Below are positions 1 through 12,131 of a stretch of 64,000 nt of DNA, piece after piece (positions within the stretch are counted from its first letter, which is position 1; each line of letters begins with the position of its first letter). Below the pieces are notes generated by a model that did not search any database, was not told the DNA's origin, and was given only the letters and a program-made list of their open reading frames with translations. The stretch comes from an uncultured cyanobacterium (GTDB taxonomy: Bacteria > Cyanobacteriota > Cyanobacteriia > Cyanobacteriales > CAWCAG01), in NCBI GenBank assembly GCA_963793425.1, contig CAWCAG010000005.1:1952001-2016000 (forward strand), written 5' to 3'. The position numbers were made by a program, and so were the translations under genes.

Positions 1-642
1 TTGTTGTAACTTACGATAAACATCCTTAATATCGACATTGTGATGGGCTAAGGCAACAAGGGTGTGATAGAAAAGATCCGCTACTTCTGAGGCAATTTCT
101 TCTGCTTGATCATCCTTGCAAGCCATCACTACTTCGGCGGCTTCTTCACCTATTTTTTTGAGAATCTTGTTATCCCCCCCTTGAAATAACTTGCGGGTAT
201 AGGAACCTTCTACAGGATTATCTCTGCGATCGCAAATTACTTCGTATACTTGAGATAAGGTATCTGCTGGGGGTGCTGCTTTGGTATTGGCAATTTGATG
301 AAAGCAGCTACGTTCTCCTTTATGACAGGCAATATCCCCAACTTGTTCTACTGTGATCAATAAAGTATCGCTATCACAATCATACCGAAGCGATTCCACT
401 TTTTGTCGGTGGCCAGAAGTTGCTCCTTTGTGCCATAATTCCTGACGAGAACGACTCCAAAACCAAGTTTCGCCAGTATTTAAAGTCTTTTGCAAAGATT
501 CTTTGTTCATCCAAGCCATCATTAAGACCACACCATCTAAATAGTCTTGTACAATAGCTGGGACTAAACCTTGCTCGTTGTAGCGAATTTTATCTACGGG
601 AATAGCTTGGAGAAAAGAGTTAGCTTTTGTAGTTGACACCAT
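1..642 (-). CDS. hisIE: Bifunctional phosphoribosyl-AMP cyclohydrolase / phosphoribosyl-ATP diphosphatase (3' end runs off the window)
   Basis: Manual translation from ATG at 642: [33 protein letters not shown]...[19 protein letters not shown]...YDCDSDTLL...[10 protein letters not shown]...[11 protein letters not shown]...VYRKLQQ. Not in the ORF track because no stop falls inside the window. Confidence 0.95.
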   Translation of the reverse strand, partial: MVSTTKANSFLQAIPVDKIRYNEQGLVPAIVQDYLDGVVLMMAWMNKESLQKTLNTGETWFWSRSRQELWHKGATSGHRQKVESLRYDCDSDTLLITVEQVGDIACHKGERSCFHQIANTKAAPPADTLSQVYEVICDRRDNPVEGSYTRKLFQGGDNKILKKIGEEAAEVVMACKDDQAEEIASEVADLFYHTLVALAHHNVDIKDVYRKLQQ

Positions 643-719
643 AATATTTTTAATGAGAGGAAATTTTTGTTTTCTGCTTGTAGATTAATTTATTGGCTAG
701 TTATTGGGGCTGTTTGAAA

Positions 720-928
720 ATGGAAGAAGGATACAAAAAAGACCTCGCTTACATTCATGATGTCGGCTTTGGAGAAAGGAAGAAGATCCTCAGCAAAATA
801 TCTTAACTCGTCATATTAGTAGTTTTTGTCAAGAAGGAGAATTATATAGGCGAGATAATGAGGTGCATTCCTTGCAATTGTATCAAGCAGAAGAGTTGGC
901 TGAAAAACTGCCTAGCCATACAATCTAA
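720..928 (+). pseudogene. Internally deleted remnant of a class I SAM-dependent methyltransferase
   Basis: MEEGYKKDLAYIHDVGFG (720-773) is joined out of frame to KEEDPQQNILTRHISSFCQEGELYRRDNEVHSLQLY...* (776-928). These resemble the N- and C-terminal parts of a cyanobacterial methyltransferase family; the SAM-binding core is absent. Confidence 0.7.
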
Positions 929-940
929 ATACCTGACAGC

Positions 941-1207
941 TTATTCAACTACAATACACCATTCATGAAGTTCATATTCAACACAACCATGCTTAATTAA
1001 AGGATCTTCTGCGACAATTTCTTGCGCTTGTGCTAATGAATTAGCTGCAAAAAGTAACATTCCTCCACCTAATTCTCCCCAATAACCGCTCCGTGCTTGA
1101 TGCCCTTTGGCAATCAAGTTTTGTACATAGACTTTGTGGGCAGGAATATATTGGTCAAAGGTGGATTTATTGACAATTCCTTTTTCTATTTTAACAAACC
1201 AAGACAT
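941..1207 (-). CDS. YciI family protein
   Basis: 88 aa with H-x-x-Y-V, GGGMLLF and DPL motifs. Confidence 0.9.
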   Translation of the reverse strand: MSWFVKIEKGIVNKSTFDQYIPAHKVYVQNLIAKGHQARSGYWGELGGGMLLFAANSLAQAQEIVAEDPLIKHGCVEYELHEWCIVVE

Positions 1208-1249
1208 TTTTATTAGGGCTATTTTTAACTAAATAATTAATTATTAATT

Positions 1250-1807
1250 ATGTCAGAATCTCAACATCGCTTCTTTATTGCCTTACTACCTTCTGTGGAA
1301 GTTCAGGACTATGCTAACCAGGTTAAACAGCAATTTGTGGAAGTTTATAACTCCCGTGCTGCTCAAAACTCTCCTCCCCATATTACTTTACAACCGCCTT
1401 TCCTATGGCAAAAAGAAAATTTACCACCTTTAGAAAAAAGTTTACAAGAATTTGCTCAAAACCAGTTTCCCATACCAATTACTTTCTCTGGTTTCGGTGC
1501 TTTCTCTCCCCGCGTTATTTATCTTAATGTTAGCAAAACTCCAGAATTACTCCAAATTAAGCAAGAGTTAGAAATTCACTTACAAAACAACTTAGGTATT
1601 GTTCATAAAGAACCTAAAAATCGACAATTTACCCCTCATTTAACTGTAGTTTCTAGAGGTTTGAGTAAAGAGAACTTTTCCTTGGCTTGGCAAGAATATA
1701 AAAATAAAGAGTTGTATTTAAAATGTACAATAGCTCAGTTAACTTTGTTGATTTATAATGGTAAAAACTGGGAGATCAAGAAAGAGTTTTCTTTATTAAA
1801 TAACTAA
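1250..1807 (+). CDS. 2'-5' RNA ligase family (2H phosphoesterase) protein
   Basis: Two HxT motifs: PPHITL and PHLTV. Confidence 0.9.
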   Translation: MSESQHRFFIALLPSVEVQDYANQVKQQFVEVYNSRAAQNSPPHITLQPPFLWQKENLPPLEKSLQEFAQNQFPIPITFSGFGAFSPRVIYLNVSKTPELLQIKQELEIHLQNNLGIVHKEPKNRQFTPHLTVVSRGLSKENFSLAWQEYKNKELYLKCTIAQLTLLIYNGKNWEIKKEFSLLNN

Positions 1808-1825
1808 CAAATTAACTTCAAATCA

Positions 1826-2227
1826 TTAGCAATCTCCAAACAAAAGCAACATCTTATCAAAAATCTCTTCCCCAGTACGAGTTTTGAGAATTTCTTGAGT
1901 TAACTCCAGAAAAGGAACATTAAGCTTGACATCAGGAGTAATGATCGCGCTGGTAGGATATAAATGATTTTCTTCCGTCTGCATCTCGTTGGTTTTACCA
2001 GTTTCCCACCTTTGCCGTTGTTCATTCCACCACAAGGAATAACCTCGCAAGGTAAACTGAAGCCATTTTACCTGCTGCTCTTGCAATTCTACAAAGAGAT
2101 CAAAATAAGGTTCCCCACCTTGATACCAAACTTTGACAACTTCTTTTTCATTGACTTTGGTTTTGAGTAACTTTTGGTTAATCCTTCGTAAGGAAGAACC
2201 CAAAGCGTCAATTTCGTTTCGCTCCAT
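1826..2227 (-). CDS. Hypothetical protein
   Basis: 133-aa ORF (WYQGGEPYFDLF, WLQFTLRG); no function recognised. Confidence 0.75.
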   Translation of the reverse strand: MERNEIDALGSSLRRINQKLLKTKVNEKEVVKVWYQGGEPYFDLFVELQEQQVKWLQFTLRGYSLWWNEQRQRWETGKTNEMQTEENHLYPTSAIITPDVKLNVPFLELTQEILKTRTGEEIFDKMLLLFGDC

Positions 2228-2386
2228 AAGGGTAACCTTTTTATTTACTCAGATTCAAAGCCCAAAGCCTCAAATCCGGATAATTACAGCACCCTGATTT
2301 AATTTATCACTTATTTGTCAATAAAGTTATGGAGAGATGGGGAAGCCATCTATTTTTGTTACTTACCCCATCAACCTCTCACCTTA

Positions 2387-3166
2387 TTACACTAAGGCTT
2401 TAGTATTAGGAGTGATGGGAAAGAAAGCATACTCGTACCAAGTTGTCCAGATGAAACTGCGAACCCAACGCTGACGTTTCGCCCCAGATAGCTCGTAATC
2501 AAAGCTTCCTTTGGCTTCATCAATCGTTGATAAATGTTTATTGCAATCGCAACCATGTTGATAGGTAAAACCGTAACGAGAAGCAATACTTTGTAGCTTC
2601 ATTTGTATGGCGAATACTTTCCCACCATGAAGGGCTGCATCCCAAGGGCGTTTATAGTCGCGATCGCGAGGATCATAGCGTAAAGCACGTTCTTCAAAAA
2701 GATCATCTTGGTAAATGGGGGAAAGATAAACATGGTAAAAACTAGCCGGAAGTTCATAACCGAATTCGGTAAATAGTTCCTGACAAATGCGGATTACCTT
2801 AACTTGGTTGAGGCAATTTTCACCTTGAGATGTAAAAACTTTGAGAAGATCAGCAAAATCAGGATAACTTTGTACCTGAAAGTCTTGACCATAAAATTCT
2901 AGGGTTTCTTTTCCTAGTTGGCCAAATAGTTGACCAAAATAGGGCTGTAATTTAGCAAGTTCAGGACGTTCATTAAATAAATCAACATCTCCAGTTTCTA
3001 ACTTATATAAGAACAATTGTGCTAACTCTACGTAGCTTTGAGGATTAGGAAAACCAACCTCTACTTTTCCCGCAGCGATATCTTGCCAAACCTGGGGTAA
3101 TTGAGAAATAGGAGTTGCTTTTTCACCAGCAATTGTTGTGCTTCTAGAAGCTTCAAGAAAAACCAT
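2387..3166 (-). CDS. Hypothetical protein with HGCxCxxH motif
   Basis: Long ORF; start placed at the ATG at 3166 behind a GAGG RBS. No catalytic family recognised. Confidence 0.75.
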   Translation of the reverse strand: MVFLEASRSTTIAGEKATPISQLPQVWQDIAAGKVEVGFPNPQSYVELAQLFLYKLETGDVDLFNERPELAKLQPYFGQLFGQLGKETLEFYGQDFQVQSYPDFADLLKVFTSQGENCLNQVKVIRICQELFTEFGYELPASFYHVYLSPIYQDDLFEERALRYDPRDRDYKRPWDAALHGGKVFAIQMKLQSIASRYGFTYQHGCDCNKHLSTIDEAKGSFDYELSGAKRQRWVRSFIWTTWYEYAFFPITPNTKALV

Positions 3167-3277
3167 AGATGACCTCAAAAGTACTAATAATGATCCAATC
3201 TCTAGTACCCAAAGATGTCAAGAGACATTATGTCGTAGTAAAGACAGATTAGTAGATTTTCTCTTAAAAACTCAATA

Positions 3278-4048
3278 TCAAGAATCTGAATATAACTTCA
3301 AAACCCTATTTAATAACTTTTGGGCAGCAGTTTTTTTCGCTTCCTTTAACTTCTTTCCTTGCCCCTGTGACGATAAATTCCGACCTCCGAATCGACAACT
3401 TGCTTTAATGGTGAAAGTAGGTAAATGGGGTTCGCCTATCCTTTTAACCTCCAAATATTCTGGTGGAGATTCCCCTTTTTTAGCGAGGAATTCTTGCAAA
3501 GCAGAAACAGGATTTTTATGCTGAACTGAGGAGATATTCTCTTCTTTAACTTTAGCTTCTACTTGTTTTCTTAATTCACGAGGATTATAAACCTTAGCTT
3601 GATTATCTACCATTAATTCTCTTAAGGTAGCCTGTTCTAAATTAAATAGTTTTTTAATGATTTCTTGACAAGTTTCTAAACCATAATCTAAATAAATAGC
3701 ACCAAGTAAGGCTTCTAACATATCAGCTAGCATTTGCTCACCAATTTGCTCTCTACTGCTTGTACTAGGTATTACAGCCAAAGAAGCTAAATTAATTTTC
3801 TTGGCAATCTGAGCCAAATTTTGATTTTTAACGAGCTTAGCTTTAATATGAGTAAATAGACCAGGCTGGTCAATAAATTCATATTGAGTAACCAAATATT
3901 CTGCAACGATAAAACCGAGAACAGAATCACCAAAAAACTCTAAAATCTCATATTGTTGCATCGTAACGGCCATTTTATACTTATGTAAATCTTCAGGGAT
4001 AATGCCCAAATGATTTCGCAGCCAGTTACGTAACTTTTGATCACTCAT
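3278..4048 (-). CDS. Ribonuclease III family protein (nuclease domain + dsRBD), divergent paralogue
   Basis: EILEFFGDS signature, ADMLEALLGAIYLD, and C-terminal dsRBD (NPVSALQE...G.G.KLKEAKKTAA). Confidence 0.88.
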   Translation of the reverse strand: MSDQKLRNWLRNHLGIIPEDLHKYKMAVTMQQYEILEFFGDSVLGFIVAEYLVTQYEFIDQPGLFTHIKAKLVKNQNLAQIAKKINLASLAVIPSTSSREQIGEQMLADMLEALLGAIYLDYGLETCQEIIKKLFNLEQATLRELMVDNQAKVYNPRELRKQVEAKVKEENISSVQHKNPVSALQEFLAKKGESPPEYLEVKRIGEPHLPTFTIKASCRFGGRNLSSQGQGKKLKEAKKTAAQKLLNRVLKLYSDS

Positions 4049-4110
4049 ATAACAATAGTAATTAATCTATTGACCTGTCATCATAAATAATCCCAACCAC
4101 TAAGCAAAGA

Positions 4111-5367
4111 GTGACAATAGACTCCTTACTTCAATCTTTTCAGCGCTTCGGTGTTCACTTAGGATTAGAACGCATTGAGCAACTGTTAGCAAAATTAGGC
4201 AATCCCCATCGAAATGTACCAATTATCCATGTAGCAGGGACTAACGGGAAGGGCTCGGTTTGTGCCTATCTTTCCTCTGTATTAACCGCTGCTGGTTATT
4301 GTGTCGGGCGCTATACTTCTCCTCATTTGGTAGACTGGACAGAAAGAATCTGCCTCAACGAACAGCCCATCACCTCAGAAACTTTACAAGAATTACTACT
4401 AAAAATTCAAGGAGCTATTGAACCAAATCAAGAAAGTCCAACTCAGTTTGAGGTTATCACAGCAGCAGCATGGCTCTGCTTTGCCCAGTCTCAGGTTGAT
4501 ATTGCGGTGATAGAGGTGGGTTTGGGTGGTAGGTTAGATGCGACTAATGTCTGCGACACTCCCTTAGTTAGTGTGATAACTTCGTTAAGTCGAGAACATT
4601 GGCAACGTCTTGGCCCTGAGTTGGCAGATATTGCCAGAGAAAAGGCTGGTATCCTTAAGCCAGGTTGCCCAGGGGTAATAGGAGTTTTGCCTACTGAAGC
4701 AACAGAAGTGGTGGCAAGGCGCATTAAGGAGTTAAATTGCCCTGCTGTTTGGATTCAACCTGCCCAAGAAGTCACTTTAGAAAATGGCATCAGAGGGGCA
4801 AGTTATGAGGGAATTAACTACCCTTTGCCTTTAGAAGGTGAGATTCAATTAACTAATTCGGCGATCGCGATCGCCACTCTCAAAATTCTCCAAAGCAAGG
4901 GTTGGCAAATTCCTCTAACAGCTATTCAAGCTGGTATGGCCAAAACCACCTGGGCAGGAAGATTGCAATGGCTAAATTGGGGTGAGAGAAATATTTTAGT
5001 TGATGGCGCACATAATACTGCTGCGGCCAAGTCTCTACGGCAATACGTTGATGGTTTAGAAGTGGAGATTACTTGGGTTATGGGTATGCTAAGTACCAAA
5101 GATCATCAAGATATTTTCCAAGTCCTATTACGACCTGGGGAGCAATTATACTTAGTGCCAGTACCAGAACACAGTTCAGCTAACCCTCAAGCCCTAGCTT
5201 CCTTGGCTAAGGAGGTCTGCCCTGAGTTGACGGATTGTCAGACCTTCAGCAATCTTCCAGCAGCCTTAGAACAGGCTTTACTAACAAGCAATAACCCCAA
5301 AAGATTAATTGTCCTTTGTGGTTCCCTTTACCTAGTAGGAAATTTCTTAAGTTCTATAGGCAACTAG
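4111..5367 (+). CDS. folC: Folylpolyglutamate synthase / dihydrofolate synthase
   Basis: HVAGTNGKGS, YTSPHL, EVGLGGRLDATN, DGAHN, GSLYLVG. Confidence 0.96.
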   Translation: MTIDSLLQSFQRFGVHLGLERIEQLLAKLGNPHRNVPIIHVAGTNGKGSVCAYLSSVLTAAGYCVGRYTSPHLVDWTERICLNEQPITSETLQELLLKIQGAIEPNQESPTQFEVITAAAWLCFAQSQVDIAVIEVGLGGRLDATNVCDTPLVSVITSLSREHWQRLGPELADIAREKAGILKPGCPGVIGVLPTEATEVVARRIKELNCPAVWIQPAQEVTLENGIRGASYEGINYPLPLEGEIQLTNSAIAIATLKILQSKGWQIPLTAIQAGMAKTTWAGRLQWLNWGERNILVDGAHNTAAAKSLRQYVDGLEVEITWVMGMLSTKDHQDIFQVLLRPGEQLYLVPVPEHSSANPQALASLAKEVCPELTDCQTFSNLPAALEQALLTSNNPKRLIVLCGSLYLVGNFLSSIGN

Positions 5368-5393
5368 CAATAAGTTAAGTATAATATCTTATC

Positions 5394-5756
5394 CTACTCC
5401 CTACTCCCTTCTTCATAAAACCGACACCCTTCACAAGGGCCTTCCGGATTAACCGCACAACGGATAAGTTCTGATTTAGCATTAAAATTGCACGTCGCAT
5501 CACCGATTACCCAACGCCCTTCTATATAACTTTTTTCTGTAGGCTGTTTAGCTGATTGAACGTAAAGAGAAATCTTTTGTAAGCGATAACCGCTAATTTT
5601 GTATTGATAGTGATGGTGGCGTTCTAAAACAGCGTAGGTTTTGCCCGCAAAATCAAGATAATTGCCTGGTTGCGGTATCCAGTCAAGACTAATTTTCCCA
5701 AGGCTCTGACGAGGGTGCGTCAGAATAAGCTCCGTTGGTAGAGAATCTGGCTCCAT
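5394..5756 (-). CDS. DUF6464-type cyanobacterial protein
   Basis: VIGDATCNFNAKSELIRCAVNPEGPCEGCRFY; start taken at MEPDSLP. Confidence 0.8.
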   Translation of the reverse strand: MEPDSLPTELILTHPRQSLGKISLDWIPQPGNYLDFAGKTYAVLERHHHYQYKISGYRLQKISLYVQSAKQPTEKSYIEGRWVIGDATCNFNAKSELIRCAVNPEGPCEGCRFYEEGSRE

Positions 5757-5886
5757 TTTTTTTAGCAAAATGTATGGGGGACTACACCTCAAAATAGTAA
5801 CGTGATCGCGAAGCTACTACCACTTGCTTCAGATTATGCACAGAATTGAAAATTAAAGTTGAAGTCTTATCCTTGCTGTTTCTGTT

Positions 5887-6570
5887 ATGCCAACTCAAAC
5901 ATTTTTCAATTTGCCAGAGAACAAACGGCAAACCATCACCGATAATGCGATCGCTGAATTTGCTACTCATGATTATGCCAATGCTTCAATTACGCAAATT
6001 GTTAAACAATCCAAAATAGCTAAGGGTAGTTTTTATCAATATTTTGAAAATAAAAAAGAACTTTATTTATATCTTATTGATTTAGCTACTCAACAGAAAC
6101 TAAACTTTTTACAAAAAGCAAATCCACCTCAACCTAAGATGGGCTTTTTTCCCTATCTACGTTGGATATTTGAGGTAGGAACTCAATTCGATTTAACTCA
6201 TCCAGCCCTTAAACAAATTTTTTATCGAGCTATTTATGGTGATCTACCTTTTCGGGATGAGGTCTTAGAGATAACTCAAGGTTCATCACTACAATACATA
6301 GAAACATTAGTTAGACAAGGAGTTGAGCAAGGAGATATTGCTACAGATATTGAGCCAGAGTTTGCCGCTTTTGTAATTACAGCTTTAGGAGAAGGATTAG
6401 GAAAGTTTATTCCTAAAAAGCTTGGTATTGACGCTAAACAAATAACTGAACAAGGTGTTGATATAAAAGCAGTAAAGGAGATTTTTGATGACTTATTTCG
6501 TGTCCTTGAATATGGATTGAGTCGTCAAACTGAGCAGCCTGAATCAATAATTTCAGAAAAAAGGGAATAG
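5887..6570 (+). CDS. TetR/AcrR family transcriptional regulator
   Basis: MPTQTFFNLPENKRQ...ASITQIVKQSKIAKGSFYQYFENKKELY helix-turn-helix. Confidence 0.93.
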   Translation: MPTQTFFNLPENKRQTITDNAIAEFATHDYANASITQIVKQSKIAKGSFYQYFENKKELYLYLIDLATQQKLNFLQKANPPQPKMGFFPYLRWIFEVGTQFDLTHPALKQIFYRAIYGDLPFRDEVLEITQGSSLQYIETLVRQGVEQGDIATDIEPEFAAFVITALGEGLGKFIPKKLGIDAKQITEQGVDIKAVKEIFDDLFRVLEYGLSRQTEQPESIISEKRE

Positions 6571-6687
6571 GGATAAAGTCATTATAATTGATGATTTCGA
6601 CATGAAAATCTATTCCTTTTTGCTTCCAAGCATGTCTATTGCTCAAGGAAAGTTTTCCTTACTGTGGCGAAAGTCAATTTCATAAGC

Positions 6688-6724
6688 TACAATACGACTA
6701 TACAGTCACATGACCAAGTGGCCA
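6688..6724 (+). promoter_or_regulatory. -10 box (TACAAT) followed by two imperfect palindromes; putative TetR operators
   Basis: TACAAT at 6688-6693; CGACTATACAGTCA at 6695-6708 and TGACCAAGTGGCCA at 6711-6724, upstream of the Coq4-like gene. Confidence 0.5.
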
Positions 6725-6777
6725 TAAAAATAACCACTTAAAGACTGGCAAGATTTTCACCACAGGAGTTTATACTC

Positions 6778-7452
6778 ATGGCGACCATTAAACGCTTCAT
6801 CAAAGCAATTAAAGACTACTACCAATCAAATCAAGTAGGAGACATAGCGTTTCTGAAAATTGACTTACTTCGTATTGGTGCAAATCCTGATTTAACAACT
6901 CAACTACAGGAAATCGCAGGTTACTATCCCACTGTCGATTTAGAAAAACTTAGTCAGTTACCAGAAGGAACATTAGGTTATGAATATGCTCGTCATATGC
7001 AAAAGCACAATCTATACCCGTTAGAAATCAGTCCTGATTTAATTGAAGCTGCTAAAGCTAATCCTTTTGCTTTAAGGTTTACTGCTACCCACGATATTTT
7101 TCATATCTTACTTGGCTTTGATACTACCTATGCAGGTGAAATAGGAGTAATCGGGTTTATGATTGGTCAAAACTACAGCAAGTTTTTAAACACATACGAA
7201 CCCGTAGCAAAACGCCTTTACCCTCTAATATTTCTCTCCCAAGCTGAACAGATCCGTACTAATCTTCGCCGAGGTAAAGCTATAGGTGAACAAGCCCAAT
7301 GTCTTCTTGCTTATCGATTTGAAGAAAATTGGGAACGTTCGATTGCTGATATTCGTTCTGAGTTAGGGCTAGCCTTTGCAGATGAGCAGATTGAAAGAGA
7401 ATTAAACACAGCAATTACTAATAGTCCAACCCCAGAAACTATCGTTGCTTGA
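6778..7452 (+). CDS. Coq4 family protein
   Basis: LPEGTLGYEY, THDIFH...GE metal motif, and RFEENWERSIADIRSELG. Confidence 0.85.
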   Translation: MATIKRFIKAIKDYYQSNQVGDIAFLKIDLLRIGANPDLTTQLQEIAGYYPTVDLEKLSQLPEGTLGYEYARHMQKHNLYPLEISPDLIEAAKANPFALRFTATHDIFHILLGFDTTYAGEIGVIGFMIGQNYSKFLNTYEPVAKRLYPLIFLSQAEQIRTNLRRGKAIGEQAQCLLAYRFEENWERSIADIRSELGLAFADEQIERELNTAITNSPTPETIVA

Positions 7453-7504
7453 ATTGATAAATGTGGGAAGGAAAACTTCTCGTTAAAAGAATATCCTTTA
7501 TCCC

Positions 7505-8578
7505 TTATTCTTTCTGTGTTAATTGAGTTAATGTTGCTGCCATAACATCAGTGGTTTGCCCAGAAACAGAAAACAACAAAGCTTCTTGATAAACTCTTTG
7601 AGCAGGATGATTTGCATAATTAGCAGCACCGCTAGATACTGCTACTGCACCTTGGGCGCAACATCCAGCTAAGTTAATGGCTTTCGCTCTTAAGGTTAGT
7701 TTTTCCCGAAAAGATGCTTCTACATTTTCTTCAGCTTCTAACAAGTTTTCACGAAGTTTGCTTAATTCTTGTTCTAGAATCAGGAAAGCATCTTTGATAA
7801 AAGAGAGTTGTTTTTTATCATAACTTGCTGCCATAATATCAAGCCCTGCCCTAGCACAACCTAAACTATAAAAAGCTTGTTGTAAAACATTATTTTTATC
7901 CTGTTGATGAATCTTTCCTGCTGGCTGTAAAGAGACTACTTGTTCTTGGGGTAAAAACCAGTTTTGTAAGCTAGCACTAACTGTATTTGTAGAGTTCACT
8001 GCTGCTAGTTTTTGAGGTAAAGAAAAGCTGATTTCTCCTTCTTTTTCCTGGCTATTTTGAAAGGGCATCATGCCATAAACAACTTCTCCATCAGGTAAAG
8101 TTGCCCCGACAATAAAGTGATGAAAAAAACTAAAACCCGTTAACCAGGGAATCTTCCCTTCTAAGCGATAGCCCCCAGATACGGGAAATGCTTTAGCAAT
8201 AGGTTCTCCAGGGCGACGAACATGGGAAAAACCGATACCTAATAATATTTCCCCTTGACTGGTGAAAGGTAAATACTTCTGTTTTAATAACTCGTTGCTA
8301 CTTTTCATTAAACGATAAGCAGCACTTTGATGTTGAGTTTGCAGAAAAGCTAATGCACCGGAGTAGCGAGAAATGATTTCTTGAAAGAGGCGAAATTCTT
8401 TGGTACTAAAGCCTCCGCCGCCCCAATTTTGAGATACCCGTAAAGCTAGTAAGTTGCGATCGCCCATTCCTTGTAAAGCGATTGCTAAGGCTTGGCTATC
8501 TTTGTCTATTTTGTCTGCTTGAGGGGCAACAAATTCCTGCAAATACTGTTCGGCAATTTGAAGTAATTTGTTTGGCAT
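7505..8578 (-). CDS. Acyl-CoA dehydrogenase family protein
   Basis: GALAFLQTQHQSA, GYRLEGKIPWLTG, GAANYANHPAQRVYQEA. Confidence 0.88.
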   Translation of the reverse strand: MPNKLLQIAEQYLQEFVAPQADKIDKDSQALAIALQGMGDRNLLALRVSQNWGGGGFSTKEFRLFQEIISRYSGALAFLQTQHQSAAYRLMKSSNELLKQKYLPFTSQGEILLGIGFSHVRRPGEPIAKAFPVSGGYRLEGKIPWLTGFSFFHHFIVGATLPDGEVVYGMMPFQNSQEKEGEISFSLPQKLAAVNSTNTVSASLQNWFLPQEQVVSLQPAGKIHQQDKNNVLQQAFYSLGCARAGLDIMAASYDKKQLSFIKDAFLILEQELSKLRENLLEAEENVEASFREKLTLRAKAINLAGCCAQGAVAVSSGAANYANHPAQRVYQEALLFSVSGQTTDVMAATLTQLTQKE

Positions 8579-8937
8579 TGAAAGTTGAATGTTTAGGTAC
8601 GGGGAGGCGTTATCGAGAAAATAGTCTTTTTCACAAAAAAGTGATTATGTCAAGTGGTAGTTAAATTATGAAGAAAAAAGAAGTATTTGTAAGGCCTATT
8701 GTATTATGACAATAGTTTTTCTCTTAGTTTGAGATTACGTTCTTTTTACTCTAACAATCTTTAATTAGCTAGCAAAAAGCCAAAATAACAGCTTTTAATA
8801 ACTTGCTCTTAACTATACTACAGAGAGAAGCCTCTAAAATACGTTCTCAAATCATCCTTAACATAAGTTGACAATACCTCCAAAAACTTCCTTTGTTCAA
8901 ATATCTTTAAGCCAGACAGAAAAAAGAAAAGTTTTGT

Positions 8938-9816
8938 TTATATGTAACTGGCAATTAGTAACCACACCTTCTCTAATAAATCCTGACAACCAGCCTCAAA
9001 CCAGTTAATTTCGGGATACTTCCGAAACCAAGTTTTTTGCCGCTTGGCGAATTGGCGAGTGTGTAAGACAATTAAATCCTCTGCTTCTGGGAGAGATAAT
9101 TTCCCCGCGAGAAATTGTTTAATTTCGCTATATCCCAAGGTGTTTAACGAAGGTAAATCCCAACCATATTTCTCTATTAAATTTTCTACTTCAGTTACTA
9201 AACCTGCTTCAAGCATTTGGCTTGTGCGATCGCGAATGCGTTGGTGCAACACTTCTTTGTCACAATCCAAGCCAATTTGTAAAACAGGATAGGTAGGAGG
9301 ATTTTCTCCCTGTTGCTTAGAGATAGGAACTCCGGTCACATAAAAAACTTCTAAGGCTCTTAGGGTTCTAACTAAATCATTGCCATGGATTTTGTTTGCT
9401 GCAAGGGGATCTACTTGCCACAGAAAACTATAGAGTTGAGTTTGTCCTAAAGCTTCGAGTTGTAATCGCAGTTGAGGTTGAGGTGCAACTCTTGGTACAA
9501 TTAGTCCCCGTACTATGGCTTTAATATATAATCCTGTTCCTCCTACCAGGAGAGGAGAAGAAAAATCAGCAATTAAAGCTTGAGCTTTTTGCTGGTATTC
9601 AGCTAGGGTTAAGGTTTCTGTAGGCTCACAAATATCAAGTAAATAATGTGGTACATTAGTTCTATCAGGTTGAGAAGGCTTAGCCGTACCGATATCCAAC
9701 TCTCGATAAACTTGGCGAGAGTCAGCACTAATAATAACTGAGTCAAGTCTCTGAGCCAATTCAACGCCTAACCTCGACTTTCCTGTCGCCGTAGCACCAC
9801 AAATAACAATCAGCAT
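8938..9816 (-). CDS. miaA: tRNA dimethylallyltransferase
   Basis: GATATGKS P-loop, SADSRQVY, DIGTAKP, VGGTGLY, TRQFAKRQKTWF. Start placed at the ATG at 9816 behind AGGAG. Confidence 0.96.
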   Translation of the reverse strand: MLIVICGATATGKSRLGVELAQRLDSVIISADSRQVYRELDIGTAKPSQPDRTNVPHYLLDICEPTETLTLAEYQQKAQALIADFSSPLLVGGTGLYIKAIVRGLIVPRVAPQPQLRLQLEALGQTQLYSFLWQVDPLAANKIHGNDLVRTLRALEVFYVTGVPISKQQGENPPTYPVLQIGLDCDKEVLHQRIRDRTSQMLEAGLVTEVENLIEKYGWDLPSLNTLGYSEIKQFLAGKLSLPEAEDLIVLHTRQFAKRQKTWFRKYPEINWFEAGCQDLLEKVWLLIASYI

Positions 9817-9980
9817 CAATCCTCTCCTATTGAAAGAGCGACTATAGCAAATGTGGCAAGGAAATGCGCCAACCCTACTATCTGCTCCCTGCTCCCTAAA
9901 AAAGGGATAGACTCCCTTCAATAATCTATCTTGAGATGGGTCTAGAGCAGTCTTCAACCCTTTTGTGTTAGAATTTTTGA

Positions 9981-11966
<1,986 letters not shown>

Positions 11967-12030
11967 ATCATTCAAGTTTAAACATTGAACATTAAACATT
12001 GTAAGGCTTGCGTTTGCCGTTAATTTTTAT

Positions 12031-12101
12031 TAGACCTGTCCAGATATCAAGCTGAAGCCCACAGAAAACCAGGACTAAATTTTAATTAAAGGACAGGTCT
12101 A
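12031..12101. mobile_element. 71-bp MITE-like element with 11-bp terminal inverted repeats
   Basis: TAGACCTGTCC (12031-12041) and GGACAGGTCTA (12091-12101), with TA at both ends. Confidence 0.5.
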
Positions 12102-12131
12102 TTAGCAATCAGCAATTAGCAACTAGCAATT

